The position numbers and the translations under genes are program-made. A stretch of DNA of 64,000 nucleotides, from NCBI GenBank assembly GCA_014687725.1, contig GCA_014687725.1_4094.1; one strand, written 5' to 3'. Below, piece by piece: positions 29,227-38,819 of the stretch (positions are counted from its first letter, which is position 1; each line of letters opens with the position of its first letter). The notes beneath the pieces are model-generated. The model had not been told where the DNA came from. It ran no database searches and saw only the letters and a program-made list of their open reading frames with translations. This stretch comes from a phage.

Positions 29227-29466
29227 ATGGCTAAATCAAAAATGTTCTTAGGTCACAAAAACAAAACTCAATGGAATGTAAGCCTTTGGATTAATAACGA
29301 CGAATCATTATACCGGTTGGCCCAGGACTTTATTGCCGCTAACACTAATCGTAATGATGCGGCCCGTCATATGATGCTATTTTTAGAACAGACTGGACAA
29401 GATAAAACACCGGACGGCTTTAAGTATAGCACTACTGCGATCCGTGCGGCGATGGTTGGAATGTAA
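29227..29466 (+). CDS. hypothetical early protein
   Basis: Track ORF starts at GTG inside the leader hairpin; ATG at 29227 follows AAGAGGA. Confidence 0.55.
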   Translation: MAKSKMFLGHKNKTQWNVSLWINNDESLYRLAQDFIAANTNRNDAARHMMLFLEQTGQDKTPDGFKYSTTAIRAAMVGM

Positions 29467-29548
29467 GAGAATAGATTAAAAGTACTATTGCACGGTGATA
29501 GTACTTTATAATAGATTTCTTTTATACAACAACGATAGGGGTAACAGC

Positions 29549-29815
29549 ATGAATATTATATACTTTGCAACGCGTGAACTTGCTCGGATTGCCGCACGCC
29601 AGGACGGGGCGACGTTTAAAGATATGGGCGTACAATCTGAACGTGGTAAACGTTGGGCCGTAGTAAAGCAAAGTACAGCCCGTTCAATTCAGTACTGGCT
29701 ATCTGCTTTAAAGCGTCCTGATAGTGTATCGCGTCGCGTGGTAGAAATAAAGCACGACCGCAAGGGCAACCGCGTTACTGTGTACAGTACTAAAAAGATT
29801 GCAGTACTTGAATAA
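29549..29815 (+). CDS. hypothetical early protein, paralog of 41865-42260
   Basis: Shared YATRE.ARI.AR..GA.FKDMG...RWAV and HDRKGNRVTVYS blocks. Confidence 0.55.
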   Translation: MNIIYFATRELARIAARQDGATFKDMGVQSERGKRWAVVKQSTARSIQYWLSALKRPDSVSRRVVEIKHDRKGNRVTVYSTKKIAVLE

Positions 29816-29901
29816 AAAGTACTTGCAAACTATGTTTAAGGGCGTATAATGTTTTACATCGAGAGCGGGAATAGTTCCCGCCTATAACCAGGAGTAATAA
29901 A

Positions 29902-30132
29902 ATGACCAATATGTATATGACTGAAGTTAAAACCGTAAAAGATACTACCACTAATAAAACTACTTACTTACAGCGGATCTGCGGTGTATGGCAACGTATC
30001 AGCAAATCAAAGTACTTTAAATTAACATCATATGCCAATCGTTCGGATTCATTCAGTACTGAAATAAAAGGTAATAAAGTACACCAATACGGCACTTATT
30101 ATTATTATAGCCTGGAGGCGATTGCAGTATAA
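29902..30132 (+). CDS. hypothetical early protein
   Basis: Promoter + GCGGGAA-tag-TTCCCGC leader hairpin + AGGAG. Confidence 0.55.
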   Translation: MTNMYMTEVKTVKDTTTNKTTYLQRICGVWQRISKSKYFKLTSYANRSDSFSTEIKGNKVHQYGTYYYYSLEAIAV

Positions 30133-30159
30133 GTAGTTTACAAATCTTTACAATTGCCA

Positions 30160-30350
30160 GTATTGACTTATTTTGTCAGTACTGGCATAATGTATTCATT
30201 GGCAGATAAGCCGTAGCCCATAGGGTGCGGGAGTGTATCTATAGAAAAATTAGTTTAGTATAGTTACAATTGTGCACCCGGTGGGTTAGCTGTTGTCATG
30301 GGGTATATTATGCCAGTACTTGATAATGCTGTCAATACTTTTTTTTAATA
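30160..30350 (+). repeat. structured repeat element with own promoter (candidate small RNA)
   Basis: TTGACT, 17 nt, CATAAT, then inverted arms CCCATAGGGTGC ... GCACCCGGTGGG and U-run; arms recur elsewhere. Confidence 0.35.
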
Positions 30351-30559
30351 TTCAGTACTGAAAACTATTTTTAAAAAGTACTTGCAAACTATGTTTAAAG
30401 GCGTATAATGTTTTACATCAGGACGGGGGACGAAATAAGTAACTTCCCGTTAAGTAGCCCAGGAGTAAGGCACACGAAAAACTCCCCTGATAAAATAGTT
30501 TGACAATTGTTTTTAAAAGCGTATAATACTTACATCAACTACTGAATGAGGGTTACAAA

Positions 30560-31171
30560 ATGAAAACTATCACTACTACTACTTTCGTTATGGATTTTTC
30601 TGAATTGAACGCAGAACAACAAACGTCAGCTATCGAACTGGTTCGGGAACGTGAAAAAAACTCAAACGACAATTATTTTTCTGAAAGTGAAATTGAATAC
30701 TATAAAGAAACAGTACTACCGGAATATGGCATTAATGACGCTGAAATACAATTCAGTGGTTTTTGGTCCCAGGGTGACGGTGCATCAATCAGTACTGACC
30801 ACGTTGACGCAGTGAAGTTTTTACGCAAGGTAAGAGCATTAACTAAGTATCGCTCAATCCGTCACCTGCTGAATGAAGATGATTTGGCGATGAGTGTAAA
30901 GCGTTCTCACTCCCACTACTCGCATGAGAATACTGTAAGCGGGTACATTGAATCGGCTTACACTGATTTAACCGCAAAACAAGAAACGTTAGTTAATGAG
31001 CTTGAGGAACTACTCACTGAAACTATTCGTGAATTGTCCCGCAAGTTGTACCGTGATTTAGAGAATGCATATGAGGATCAATTCACTACTGAAAACATTA
31101 CGGCACTGATTGAGGGTAACGAATATCAATTCAATGTTATTGATGGCGTAGTAGAATCAATCGAATATTAA
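30560..31171 (+). CDS. hypothetical early protein (203 aa)
   Basis: Tandem promoters with structured leader upstream; ATG after GAGGG. Confidence 0.6.
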   Translation: MKTITTTTFVMDFSELNAEQQTSAIELVREREKNSNDNYFSESEIEYYKETVLPEYGINDAEIQFSGFWSQGDGASISTDHVDAVKFLRKVRALTKYRSIRHLLNEDDLAMSVKRSHSHYSHENTVSGYIESAYTDLTAKQETLVNELEELLTETIRELSRKLYRDLENAYEDQFTTENITALIEGNEYQFNVIDGVVESIEY

Positions 31172-31264
31172 TTCAAAAAGTACTTGCAAACTAAGTTTAA
31201 AAGCGTATAATACTTTATATCGAGGCGGGGAATGGTTCCCCGCTCACACTAAAAGGGCAACAAA

Positions 31265-31537
31265 ATGAAAACTTTAAATATCACAACTGCACATCAATTG
31301 GTTCGGGATGCAATGGATCATGTGCAAGATTTCTTCCCTGATGTAAGTGTCGTAACTTATGAAAAAGGTACTTGGACTTATTCAACAATTAATGGTTATG
31401 AGCCTGATTTCGATGATCTGGAAGAAATGGAATTTAATTTTGATCTGCTGAATGATGCCGCCCGTGAAGTTGAAAACGATGTTCAATACATTGATGGTTC
31501 TGTCGCACCTGATGCAGTAAAAGAATTAAAAAACTAA
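31265..31537 (+). CDS. hypothetical acidic protein
   Basis: Promoter + leader hairpin + ATG. Confidence 0.55.
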   Translation: MKTLNITTAHQLVRDAMDHVQDFFPDVSVVTYEKGTWTYSTINGYEPDFDDLEEMEFNFDLLNDAAREVENDVQYIDGSVAPDAVKELKN

Positions 31538-31622
31538 AAAGTACTTGCATTGTAGTTAGATTAACGTATAATACTTTATATCGAGGCGGGGAATGGTTCC
31601 CGCCTTTACTGAGGGTTATCTA

Positions 31623-31883
31623 ATGAGCAAAGTAATTAACTATACAGTGTTAAGCAAGTCATTGTCTATTAGCCAATGTACTGATGGTTATTGGCTTTAT
31701 GATGAAACGCGTGGCATGAATTTAGCTATGCAGGAGAAAACTACTGATGCGGCATATCTTAAAGCACTGGAATACTACCAGAAGCGTTTAAAGGAAGTAG
31801 AAAACGATTATAATAACCTGAAAGCGAAAGTAGATAATTTCGTTGGTCAATTCATCGAGGAAGACGACGACATACAATATTGA
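31623..31883 (+). CDS. hypothetical early protein
   Basis: Start moved to ATG downstream of leader hairpin. Confidence 0.5.
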   Translation: MSKVINYTVLSKSLSISQCTDGYWLYDETRGMNLAMQEKTTDAAYLKALEYYQKRLKEVENDYNNLKAKVDNFVGQFIEEDDDIQY

Positions 31884-31968
31884 AAAAGTACTTGCAATTA
31901 GTTTTTAGTACTGTATAATGGTTTACATAGAGGGGGAAATGGTTCTCCCTGGTAATGAGGAAAATAAA

Positions 31969-32190
31969 ATGGCTAATATCACTACTCTTTCCCAACTGGA
32001 AGCACTGGTTAAATCTATGCGGGAACATGCCGACAAAATCGGCGTACAAGATCCAGCCGTTTGCTTCTGCGACGAATTGAATGATGATACCCTGGTAATA
32101 GCAGAAGTCCAGGACGTTTCTAACTATTCCTCGCGTTACACTGGCGGCGTAGCAAATAAAGGTGACTTCTGTTTATACCTTACAAAATAA
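31969..32190 (+). CDS. hypothetical early protein
   Basis: Start moved to MANITTL after AATGAGGAAAATAAA. Confidence 0.5.
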   Translation: MANITTLSQLEALVKSMREHADKIGVQDPAVCFCDELNDDTLVIAEVQDVSNYSSRYTGGVANKGDFCLYLTK

Positions 32191-32194
32191 CAAC

Positions 32195-32225
32195 GCGGGG
32201 AGATAATAACTCCCCGTTACTTTTT
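32195..32225 (+). terminator. intrinsic terminator
   Basis: GGGGAG-ataataa-CTCCCC then gttaCTTTTT. Confidence 0.5.
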
Positions 32226-32433
32226 CAGTACTGAATCATTTAATAGACGGATCTCGGCACCCGGTGGGTTAGTGACTGTTTCGTCTTGATGTAGTAATTA
32301 TGCCAGTACTGGATGCACTTGTCAACAACTATTTTTCAAATACTTTTTATTAAAATACTTGCAATTAGTTTTTAAACGCGTATAATGTTTTGCATAGGGG
32401 GAGCGGTTCCCCTGGTAACTAAGGAATAAGAAA

Positions 32434-32670
32434 ATGGTCGAACAAATCAAATCAACGTCTTCGAATGTAACGGGAACGGTAGCACACTTTACTAGTGATG
32501 AATCGCGGGGCGTTCCCTATTGTGCTGTACATGTAAACACTGAGGGTAACTACTGGTTTACGGTTTACGGATCATATTCATTTGGACGGCCAGGGCATCA
32601 AAAAATTCTGGATAAAGTACAACCAACGGGTAAAAATATCACTGCCGAAATGTTTTATAAAAAATCATAA
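32434..32670 (+). CDS. hypothetical early protein
   Basis: Promoter + hairpin + AAGGAATAAGAAAATG. Confidence 0.55.
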   Translation: MVEQIKSTSSNVTGTVAHFTSDESRGVPYCAVHVNTEGNYWFTVYGSYSFGRPGHQKILDKVQPTGKNITAEMFYKKS

Positions 32671-32754
32671 AGTACTTGATAATAGTTTTTAGTACTGTAT
32701 AATATTTTACATCGCAAGGGGGAGCGGTTCCCCCTGGTAACTAAGGATAATCAA

Positions 32755-33054
32755 ATGAAAATTGCAATCATCGCCCTGGCTTTATCTGTTTCCTCTTTCG
32801 CTGTTAATGCGTCATTAGATGTAAGTAGTGAAAAATTCATTCAGTGCACTGTTGCAATGACCGATGAAAGTACTGGCGAGATTGTTTTAAAGGATTTAGA
32901 GATCCAGCCAGAAGCATTTAAAAACGGGCCGTTCCATGAAGAAGACGAAAAAGGTAGCACGACAATTTATTACGATGCAAGTACTAAACGCGGTTCGGTC
33001 ACTGTTATGGATACTGAGAAAGTTACATTCACTGGCGTAATTAATTGTTTATAA
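32755..33054 (+). CDS. secreted/periplasmic small protein (predicted signal peptide)
   Basis: MKIAIIALALSVSSFAVNA/SLD: n-h-c regions with AxA-like cleavage site. Confidence 0.6.
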   Translation: MKIAIIALALSVSSFAVNASLDVSSEKFIQCTVAMTDESTGEIVLKDLEIQPEAFKNGPFHEEDEKGSTTIYYDASTKRGSVTVMDTEKVTFTGVINCL

Positions 33055-33071
33055 TATAGTACTGAATCACT

Positions 33072-33100
33072 AGCCCACTATAAGAAGTGGGCTTTTTTTA
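33072..33100 (+). terminator. intrinsic terminator
   Basis: AGCCCACT-ataagaa-GTGGGCT + TTTTTTT. Confidence 0.65.
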
Positions 33101-33292
33101 TTGTAGTATTGTAGTACTGGTATACTTTGAAAATAGTTTTAAAAAAGTAGTTGACATTACCAGGGAAAAGCGTAGAATGTATTACATCAAGACGGGGAAC
33201 ACTAAGTAGACCGCCAGTAAGTCGAATGAAAAACTGGACACGTCAAACAAACTTTGATAAACTAACTTAAACTTTAATTGAGGATTTATAAA

Positions 33293-33775
33293 ATGGCTAA
33301 TGTAAAATCATTTCTGAAAGCACTGATTTCTAACGATACTGTTATTGCTGCTGAATTGCTGGCTGACCTGGATAATGATACCATGAAAGCAGTACGCAAC
33401 AATTTTAACATTGCTTACAGTGAAGCGAAAGAACTACAAGCCAAAAAGGTAGCAGAACTGGAAGAACAGAAAAAAGCCCGTGAAGCAGAACTGCAAGCAA
33501 CAATAGAAAGTATTCAGGCGGCGGTGTCTGGTTTAGATCTGGAAGTGGTTATTGAAATGGCACATAAAGCCCTGGCGGTTAAGTACGGTGAAGATAAGCC
33601 GGAATCTAAGCCTAAAAAATGGATTCAAGAACGTGTTACGGTTGTCCTTGATAACGGGGAAGAACATTTGATTCCTGTACGCGGTAACTGCATTGCGGTA
33701 GTACTGGATGCAATCAAAGAAAGCGGTATGACTCGCGAGGAATGGATCGAAGCTCACCGCAAAGTTGAAGCATAA
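33293..33775 (+). CDS. hypothetical protein (160 aa), coiled-coil-like central region
   Basis: Start moved to MANVKSF after GAGGA; K/E/A-rich heptad-like stretch. Confidence 0.55.
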   Translation: MANVKSFLKALISNDTVIAAELLADLDNDTMKAVRNNFNIAYSEAKELQAKKVAELEEQKKAREAELQATIESIQAAVSGLDLEVVIEMAHKALAVKYGEDKPESKPKKWIQERVTVVLDNGEEHLIPVRGNCIAVVLDAIKESGMTREEWIEAHRKVEA

Positions 33776-33796
33776 CAATTAAAGTACTGAATCACT

Positions 33797-33823
33797 AGCC
33801 CACTGTATAAGTGGGCTTTTTTG
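33797..33823 (+). terminator. intrinsic terminator
   Basis: AGCCCACT-gtata-AGTGGGCT + TTTTTT. Confidence 0.65.
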
Positions 33824-34059
33824 TGTTTATCGTTTACCAGGCCACCAGCACCGCCTAGAATCGATTCTAACGCATTAAACTGATTATCTGATGCATCGCC
33901 CTAGCTGGTGGCGTTAAGGTCGTTAGAATGCGATTGAGGACGTTTAAAGTATTTTGCAAAAAGTAATAAAAAGTACTTGCACGATTAAGAGATTAGCGTA
34001 TAATGTTTTACATCGAGAGGGGGAAACGGTTCTCCTTCCAAATCAAAGGAATCAAAACA

Positions 34060-34287
34060 ATGGCTATCGTAATCGCTTATGTAACTGGTACTACTGGCAC
34101 TTCTTCTACTGTTGCTGTAATTACCAACAAGAAAGGTGCGGAATTACATTCTGCAATGGATACCTGGGCGGTAAATGAGTTCGGTCAGTGGGCAAGTGTA
34201 GCATATGTTGAAACCTATCAAGTGCCAACCATTAGCTTAACGGATCTCGGTGTAGATCGTATCCTTTGCCTGGATGAATTAAATTAA
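34060..34287 (+). CDS. hypothetical early protein
   Basis: Start moved to MAIVIAY downstream of leader hairpin. Confidence 0.5.
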   Translation: MAIVIAYVTGTTGTSSTVAVITNKKGAELHSAMDTWAVNEFGQWASVAYVETYQVPTISLTDLGVDRILCLDELN

Positions 34288-34373
34288 AAAAGTACTTGCA
34301 AAGTAAATCAGATAAAGTATAATACATTACATCAAGGGGAGAAATGGTTCTCCCTGATAATGAGGAAACTAAT

Positions 34374-34517
34374 ATGAAAACTTGTCAATGTGGTAAAAAA
34401 TCTATTACTGGTTTAAAGCGGGGCGTTGCTCTTTGCCAGTACCATTATAATTTACAAGTATGGGGTAAAGAATGGGCCGACCAGGTGGAAGCAGCAAAGA
34501 AAGCAAAAAGTAAGTAA
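34374..34517 (+). CDS. small Cys-containing protein (47 aa)
   Basis: Below track cutoff; full promoter-hairpin-SD-ATG context; CQCG...C.YH pattern. Confidence 0.4.
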   Translation: MKTCQCGKKSITGLKRGVALCQYHYNLQVWGKEWADQVEAAKKAKSK

Positions 34518-34536
34518 AATTATTATCACAGTACTA

Positions 34537-34565
34537 TTGACATAGATTGATAGTACTGGCATAAT
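34537..34565 (+). promoter_or_regulatory. early promoter (type 2, AGTACT-flanked)
   Basis: cAGTACTaTTGACA, 17 nt, gatAGTACTGG-CATAAT; no 5' hairpin; recurs at ~34820, ~37690, ~37970, ~38500, ~45410. Confidence 0.5.
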
Positions 34566-34598
34566 AGATTTTATCAAGACAACTAAGAGGAAACAATA

Positions 34599-34811
34599 AT
34601 GGCTATCATCACAAAAATCAAAGTAAACAAATCACTGGTTAAGCTGGAAGAAGTGAAAGAAGGTTATAAAGTATCGTGGTGCGGCATGTATCGGATTTTT
34701 ACAGATGTTGACGATGCAATCAATTACTACACTGACACGGTAAAAAACTTTGTTCGTGCTGATGTGGTTATGGCAGTGGCAACACACAAAGCATCGAAAG
34801 AAAGTAAGTAA
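34599..34811 (+). CDS. hypothetical early protein, paralog of 37763-37942
   Basis: Both start MAII.K; type-2 promoter upstream. Confidence 0.55.
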   Translation: MAIITKIKVNKSLVKLEEVKEGYKVSWCGMYRIFTDVDDAINYYTDTVKNFVRADVVMAVATHKASKESK

Positions 34812-34892
34812 AAATATTATCACAGTACTATTGACATAGTTTGATAGTACTGGCATAATAGATTTTATCAAGACAACTAAGAGGAAATTAAA

Positions 34893-35237
34893 ATGGCTAA
34901 TATCAACACTATCGCAAAACAAAATATCAACCTGTCTTCTGTTGAAGTTGTACATATTGCCGCTCGGCGTTGGTTCCAGGCTTCATATGGTAACACTTAT
35001 TTCTCTTTAAGTGTAGACGTAGAAATTGATGGTAATTTTATTGAAGTAGTAAACGTGCCGTTCCAATATGGATACGGGGATCACTTTGACACTGTAGCAA
35101 TGGAAGAATTTAGCAAGGTTATTAATATGGAAGATAAAGAGTTTTTACGCGGTTCTTATCTTTCCCGTTTTTGCCGTGACAATAATATCACTGTTTACAG
35201 TTCGGTAACTGATGTTAAACGCAAAAAAGATCTTTAA
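34893..35237 (+). CDS. hypothetical protein, paralog of 41446-41769
   Basis: Shared W...GNTY.S..V and F.YGYG and ITVY..V.DVKRKKD blocks. Confidence 0.6.
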   Translation: MANINTIAKQNINLSSVEVVHIAARRWFQASYGNTYFSLSVDVEIDGNFIEVVNVPFQYGYGDHFDTVAMEEFSKVINMEDKEFLRGSYLSRFCRDNNITVYSSVTDVKRKKDL

Positions 35238-35317
35238 TTAGCTTTACTTTATGCAGATACTTTGATATAGTGTCTGCATAGGGGAAAGAAATTAAATTAA
35301 CTTAAGAGGATAGTATA

Positions 35318-35587
35318 ATGAAAAATATCAGTACTTTAATTGATGCAGGTACACATGTTCGGCGGTCTATGGTTGCAACCAGTACTACAAAACAAGTAGC
35401 GAGCGGTTATCTTGTATTTGTGCACGATGGTAAACTCCTGGAACGTTCAATCAATTTTGATGTTAAAAACAATTGCCGTTTTATTATCTTTAAGCGTGAA
35501 CAATATAAAATTGATTTACCAGCGAAGCCCATAAGCGGGGCGTATAACGTCTATTCATTGTTTGAGCGTCAACCATACACCTATTAA
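35318..35587 (+). CDS. hypothetical early protein
   Basis: ATG after AAGAGGA. Confidence 0.5.
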   Translation: MKNISTLIDAGTHVRRSMVATSTTKQVASGYLVFVHDGKLLERSINFDVKNNCRFIIFKREQYKIDLPAKPISGAYNVYSLFERQPYTY

Positions 35588-35638
35588 TCAAAACATCGTT
35601 AGCGGTCGATTTAGGCCGCTTATATTGGGGATTATACC

Positions 35639-35911
35639 ATGAACGTTAATCAAGTACTGAATGAGATCGAAAGCATCATTAAACCGATGAAGCGTACTGA
35701 TGCTATGTTAACACCGGAAGAATGCCGCCTTTATGAGCGTTACAGCGTCGAACAAGTCCAGGCAATGGCTATGGCTACGCCAGCCGTTAAACCGCCTGAG
35801 AATGCGTTACAGGACGTTACAGGGGATTATATCATCAATCCAGTACTAGGGAAGATGGCTGCAATCACCGAAGATCAACAAGACTACTTAAGCCAGTACT
35901 TAAAAGGTTAA
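35639..35911 (+). CDS. hypothetical early protein
   Basis: ATG start; operon with next gene. Confidence 0.5.
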   Translation: MNVNQVLNEIESIIKPMKRTDAMLTPEECRLYERYSVEQVQAMAMATPAVKPPENALQDVTGDYIINPVLGKMAAITEDQQDYLSQYLKG

Positions 35912-35916
35912 TTAAT

Positions 35917-36126
35917 ATGCTTACTGTACAGGATAAGATCGACATCTTAAAGGTTAATATGTATGTGATTGATGCAGTACCTGGTAAAGTATTTGCATAC
36001 GATGACACCACTGTAAGCGATTTCTACTATAGCCAGGACGTGGGGGATCTTTCTGTACAGTCGGTTATTGAAAACGTAGTTAATGCAGCGTATGAGCATT
36101 TACTTTCAAATAGTACTTGCAATTAG
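35917..36126 (+). CDS. hypothetical early protein
   Basis: 5-nt spacing after previous gene. Confidence 0.5.
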   Translation: MLTVQDKIDILKVNMYVIDAVPGKVFAYDDTTVSDFYYSQDVGDLSVQSVIENVVNAAYEHLLSNSTCN

Positions 36127-36195
36127 TTTTTAAACGCGTATAATGTTTTACATGAAGGGGAGAAATGATTCTCCCCACTAATTAAGGAATATGAA

Positions 36196-36342
36196 ATGAA
36201 AGCATCAAAAAAGAGTAATACTAAGAAAGCACGTTCACCTTTCGCTGGGGTATTCCCTTTACGTTTCGTTGATGAAGTGGTTTCCTACCCGCCTGGCCTT
36301 ACTCCTGAGATGGTAGAAAGTTTGCGTAAATCTAAAAAATAA
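36196..36342 (+). CDS. small basic protein (48 aa)
   Basis: Below track cutoff; promoter, GGGGAGAA-atga-TTCTCCCC hairpin, AAGGAAT SD. Confidence 0.4.
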   Translation: MKASKKSNTKKARSPFAGVFPLRFVDEVVSYPPGLTPEMVESLRKSKK

Positions 36343-36423
36343 TACTTGCAATTAGTTTTTAGTACTGTATAATAGTTTACATGAAGGGGAGAAATAGTTC
36401 TCCCCAATAACAGGAGAAACAAA

Positions 36424-36576
36424 ATGAAACAATATAATGCTCGGATGGATGTAACTATCGGTAACGGCAAAGGTCAATTCTCTTTCAGTACTCGCAAAAG
36501 TTATACAGAAAACTTCCTGCGTAATTGTGCACTGACCGCCGCACAAATTAAACATTACTTTCAGGCTAAAAAATGA
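36424..36576 (+). CDS. small protein (50 aa)
   Basis: Below track cutoff; same promoter/hairpin/SD context. Confidence 0.4.
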   Translation: MKQYNARMDVTIGNGKGQFSFSTRKSYTENFLRNCALTAAQIKHYFQAKK

Positions 36577-36662
36577 AATCATTAGCTTATTACAGTTCGG
36601 CCCTGGTCGGTGCATTGATCGCGGCATTGTTAGTAACCTATCTATTCTTTATGGTGATTTAA
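36573..36662 (+). CDS. very small hydrophobic peptide (29 aa)
   Basis: ATGA-coupled; single predicted TM helix; speculative. Confidence 0.25.
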   Translation: MKSLAYYSSALVGALIAALLVTYLFFMVI

Positions 36663-36800
36663 ATGAATCCTAACGGTTTAATTTACAGTACTCCTAAAAC
36701 GAAAGCAGATAAAGCGAAAGCACGTAAAGCGAAAGTAAAGGAGTACATCAAGCAAGGCATGACGCGAAAGGCGGCAATTCTAAAAGCTAAAAATAAATGA
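36663..36800 (+). CDS. small lysine-rich protein (45 aa)
   Basis: TAAATG coupling; followed by terminator/promoter hairpin. Confidence 0.35.
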   Translation: MNPNGLIYSTPKTKADKAKARKAKVKEYIKQGMTRKAAILKAKNK

Positions 36801-36810
36801 AAAAAAAAGT

Positions 36811-36840
36811 GGTTGACTTCGGTCAGCCATTTTGCTATTA
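36811..36840 (+). promoter_or_regulatory. terminator/promoter element (copy 4)
   Basis: GGTTGAC-TTCG-GTCAGCC hairpin, TTTT, TATTAT. Confidence 0.5.
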
Positions 36841-37024
36841 TGTATTCATTGAGAGATAGCTCACTAGCCCACAGGGTGCATAAGTGTATCTATTGTATAA
36901 TGATTGAGTACTGAAAACTATTTTAAAGTATTTGATAAAAAGTACTTGCATACTATCTCAATAGGCGTATAATGTTTTACATCGCAAGGGGAAACGGTTT
37001 CCCCTGGTAATAAGGAAACGAATC

Positions 37025-37366
37025 ATGACTATTGCAATTGCTCAATCTAACTTTGAAAACGAAATCATCGCTCAGGCACTGCGTTTAAATGATGGTCGGG
37101 CCGAAATCAATTACGGTTTCAATAGTGGTGGATGTGAAAAATATCAGTACTTTATAACTGCTGATGGCGGTGTCCTGGGCATCAATACCGTTATTGTAAA
37201 CATTCAGAAAATTAATTTCAATGATCCAGACGATAGCCAGTTTTACATCACGGGCGTAGACGTGAACTATGAGGATGACTCACTAACTGATGATCACACT
37301 GGTGAGAAGTTAGAAAGTGCATACGGTGAAGATGATTATCAGTCCGGTCCAGAAGATTTCGAATAA
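37025..37366 (+). CDS. hypothetical acidic protein
   Basis: Promoter + leader hairpin + AAGGAAACGAATCATG. Confidence 0.55.
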   Translation: MTIAIAQSNFENEIIAQALRLNDGRAEINYGFNSGGCEKYQYFITADGGVLGINTVIVNIQKINFNDPDDSQFYITGVDVNYEDDSLTDDHTGEKLESAYGEDDYQSGPEDFE

Positions 37367-37458
37367 TATTAAAAAATAGTTTGACAATAGTTTTTAGTAC
37401 TGTATAATAGTTTACATGAAGGGGAGAAATGATTCTCCCCACTAAGAGGAAAAACAAA

Positions 37459-37671
37459 ATGGCTAATATCCGCACTGTACTGAAAAATGCAAAACAAGTT
37501 TTATTTTCTGATCATGAAAATTTCAACAAGGATATCACAGGTGTTCGGAATATCAAAGATGTAAAAAGTGTTATGGGTATCTATTGCAATATGAAACGTG
37601 TTGGCACGTTCGGCGATAAAGTACTATACCAGGCAGGGGATTACAATTTTACACTGACTATCATTAACTAA
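37459..37671 (+). CDS. hypothetical early protein
   Basis: Start moved to MANIRTV after AAGAGGA. Confidence 0.55.
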   Translation: MANIRTVLKNAKQVLFSDHENFNKDITGVRNIKDVKSVMGIYCNMKRVGTFGDKVLYQAGDYNFTLTIIN

Positions 37672-37762
37672 AAATATTATCACAGTACTATTGACAACGT
37701 TTGATAGTACTGGCATAATAACTTTTATCAAGACAACGCATATTAATTTAAGGAATACTAAA

Positions 37763-37942
37763 ATGGCTATTATCGCAAAAACTGAAATCATCGGCCTGGA
37801 TTCTATCATCATGACGTTTGAAGATCAAAAAGGGATGTATGTAGTTTCCTATGGTGATTATGTTCGGGAGTATGAAACGGTAGACGAAGCCTTTGAAAGT
37901 TACATTCGCCAGGTGAATAAAGCATACGACGACTACCGCTAA
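37763..37942 (+). CDS. hypothetical early protein, paralog of 34599-34811
   Basis: Start moved to MAIIAKT; type-2 promoter upstream. Confidence 0.5.
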   Translation: MAIIAKTEIIGLDSIIMTFEDQKGMYVVSYGDYVREYETVDEAFESYIRQVNKAYDDYR

Positions 37943-38041
37943 AATATATTACCAGTACTATTAAATCTATTGACAATGATTGATAGTACAGTATAATAAG
38001 TTTTATAAACAGTAGTTAACTTAACCTAAGAGAGAAACAAA

Positions 38042-38185
38042 ATGATCGCACTGGATTCATTCATCGACGCAGTACTGGCAAAAACTGGCGAGGATCTGAC
38101 CGCAGAACAATACGCGATGATCGAGCAATGCCAGCAAAACGGTAAATCGGTGAAAGATACTGTTAAGATTATCCGCAAGATGTAA
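38042..38185 (+). CDS. small protein (47 aa)
   Basis: Below track cutoff; type-2 promoter, AAGAGAGAAA SD, terminator downstream. Confidence 0.4.
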   Translation: MIALDSFIDAVLAKTGEDLTAEQYAMIEQCQQNGKSVKDTVKIIRKM

Positions 38186-38191
38186 GAATAT

Positions 38192-38220
38192 AGCCCACTG
38201 GTTAACGCTGGTGGGCTTTA
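38192..38220 (+). terminator. intrinsic terminator containing a Chi octamer
   Basis: AGCCCAC-tggttaacgct-GGTGGGCT + TTT; GCTGGTGG at ~38207-38214. Confidence 0.45.
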
Positions 38221-38290
38221 ATCATTTACCCTATACAATGCCAGTACTAAACCGTTTAACTCGTTAGAATGCATTACAGGACGTTTAACA

Positions 38291-38488
38291 ATGATTAGCA
38301 TGAAATCAGTACAAAAACAAATTGATACATTATCAAAAATTAAACGTAAACAATACTCATTAGAATATACAATCAATGGTAACTATCATCTAATGAAAGA
38401 GAATAATTTCATAGTCATTGATGAATCATTGCAAGTTATTAGTATAGTACTGAAAGCATTAATCAATGACAGAAAAAAGTTAAAATAA
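38291..38488 (+). CDS. hypothetical AT-rich small protein
   Basis: Track ORF; weak start context. Confidence 0.35.
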   Translation: MISMKSVQKQIDTLSKIKRKQYSLEYTINGNYHLMKENNFIVIDESLQVISIVLKALINDRKKLK

Positions 38489-38589
38489 TCTATTGACAAA
38501 TTATGCCAGTACTGGCATAATACTTACATCAAGACGAGAACGTCACTAACCCATAGGGTGCACAAATGTAGCTGTCTAATATTGATCAA

Positions 38590-38640
38590 AAAATGATCTG
38601 ATCAATACTTGATCAATTTGCGTAAAGTAGTATAATTCTA
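38590..38640. repeat. cluster of TGATCA/GATC motifs
   Basis: tgatcaaaaaatgatctgatcaatacttgatcaa in a ~240-bp gene-free stretch. Confidence 0.4.
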
Positions 38641-38819
38641 TGCAGTTGGTTAGACGAAAGGTTATGATTAGTAGTGGAAGTGTATAAAAATTTTCATGGT
38701 GTGGTGATCCGCACATATGGGGATGAATATGTCGTGTCGTATGGATTGGAAAAAGTAAGAACAAGTAATATACTTGTCGCGTTACAGTACTATAGTATTT
38801 TTATAATGAGGTTAAAATA

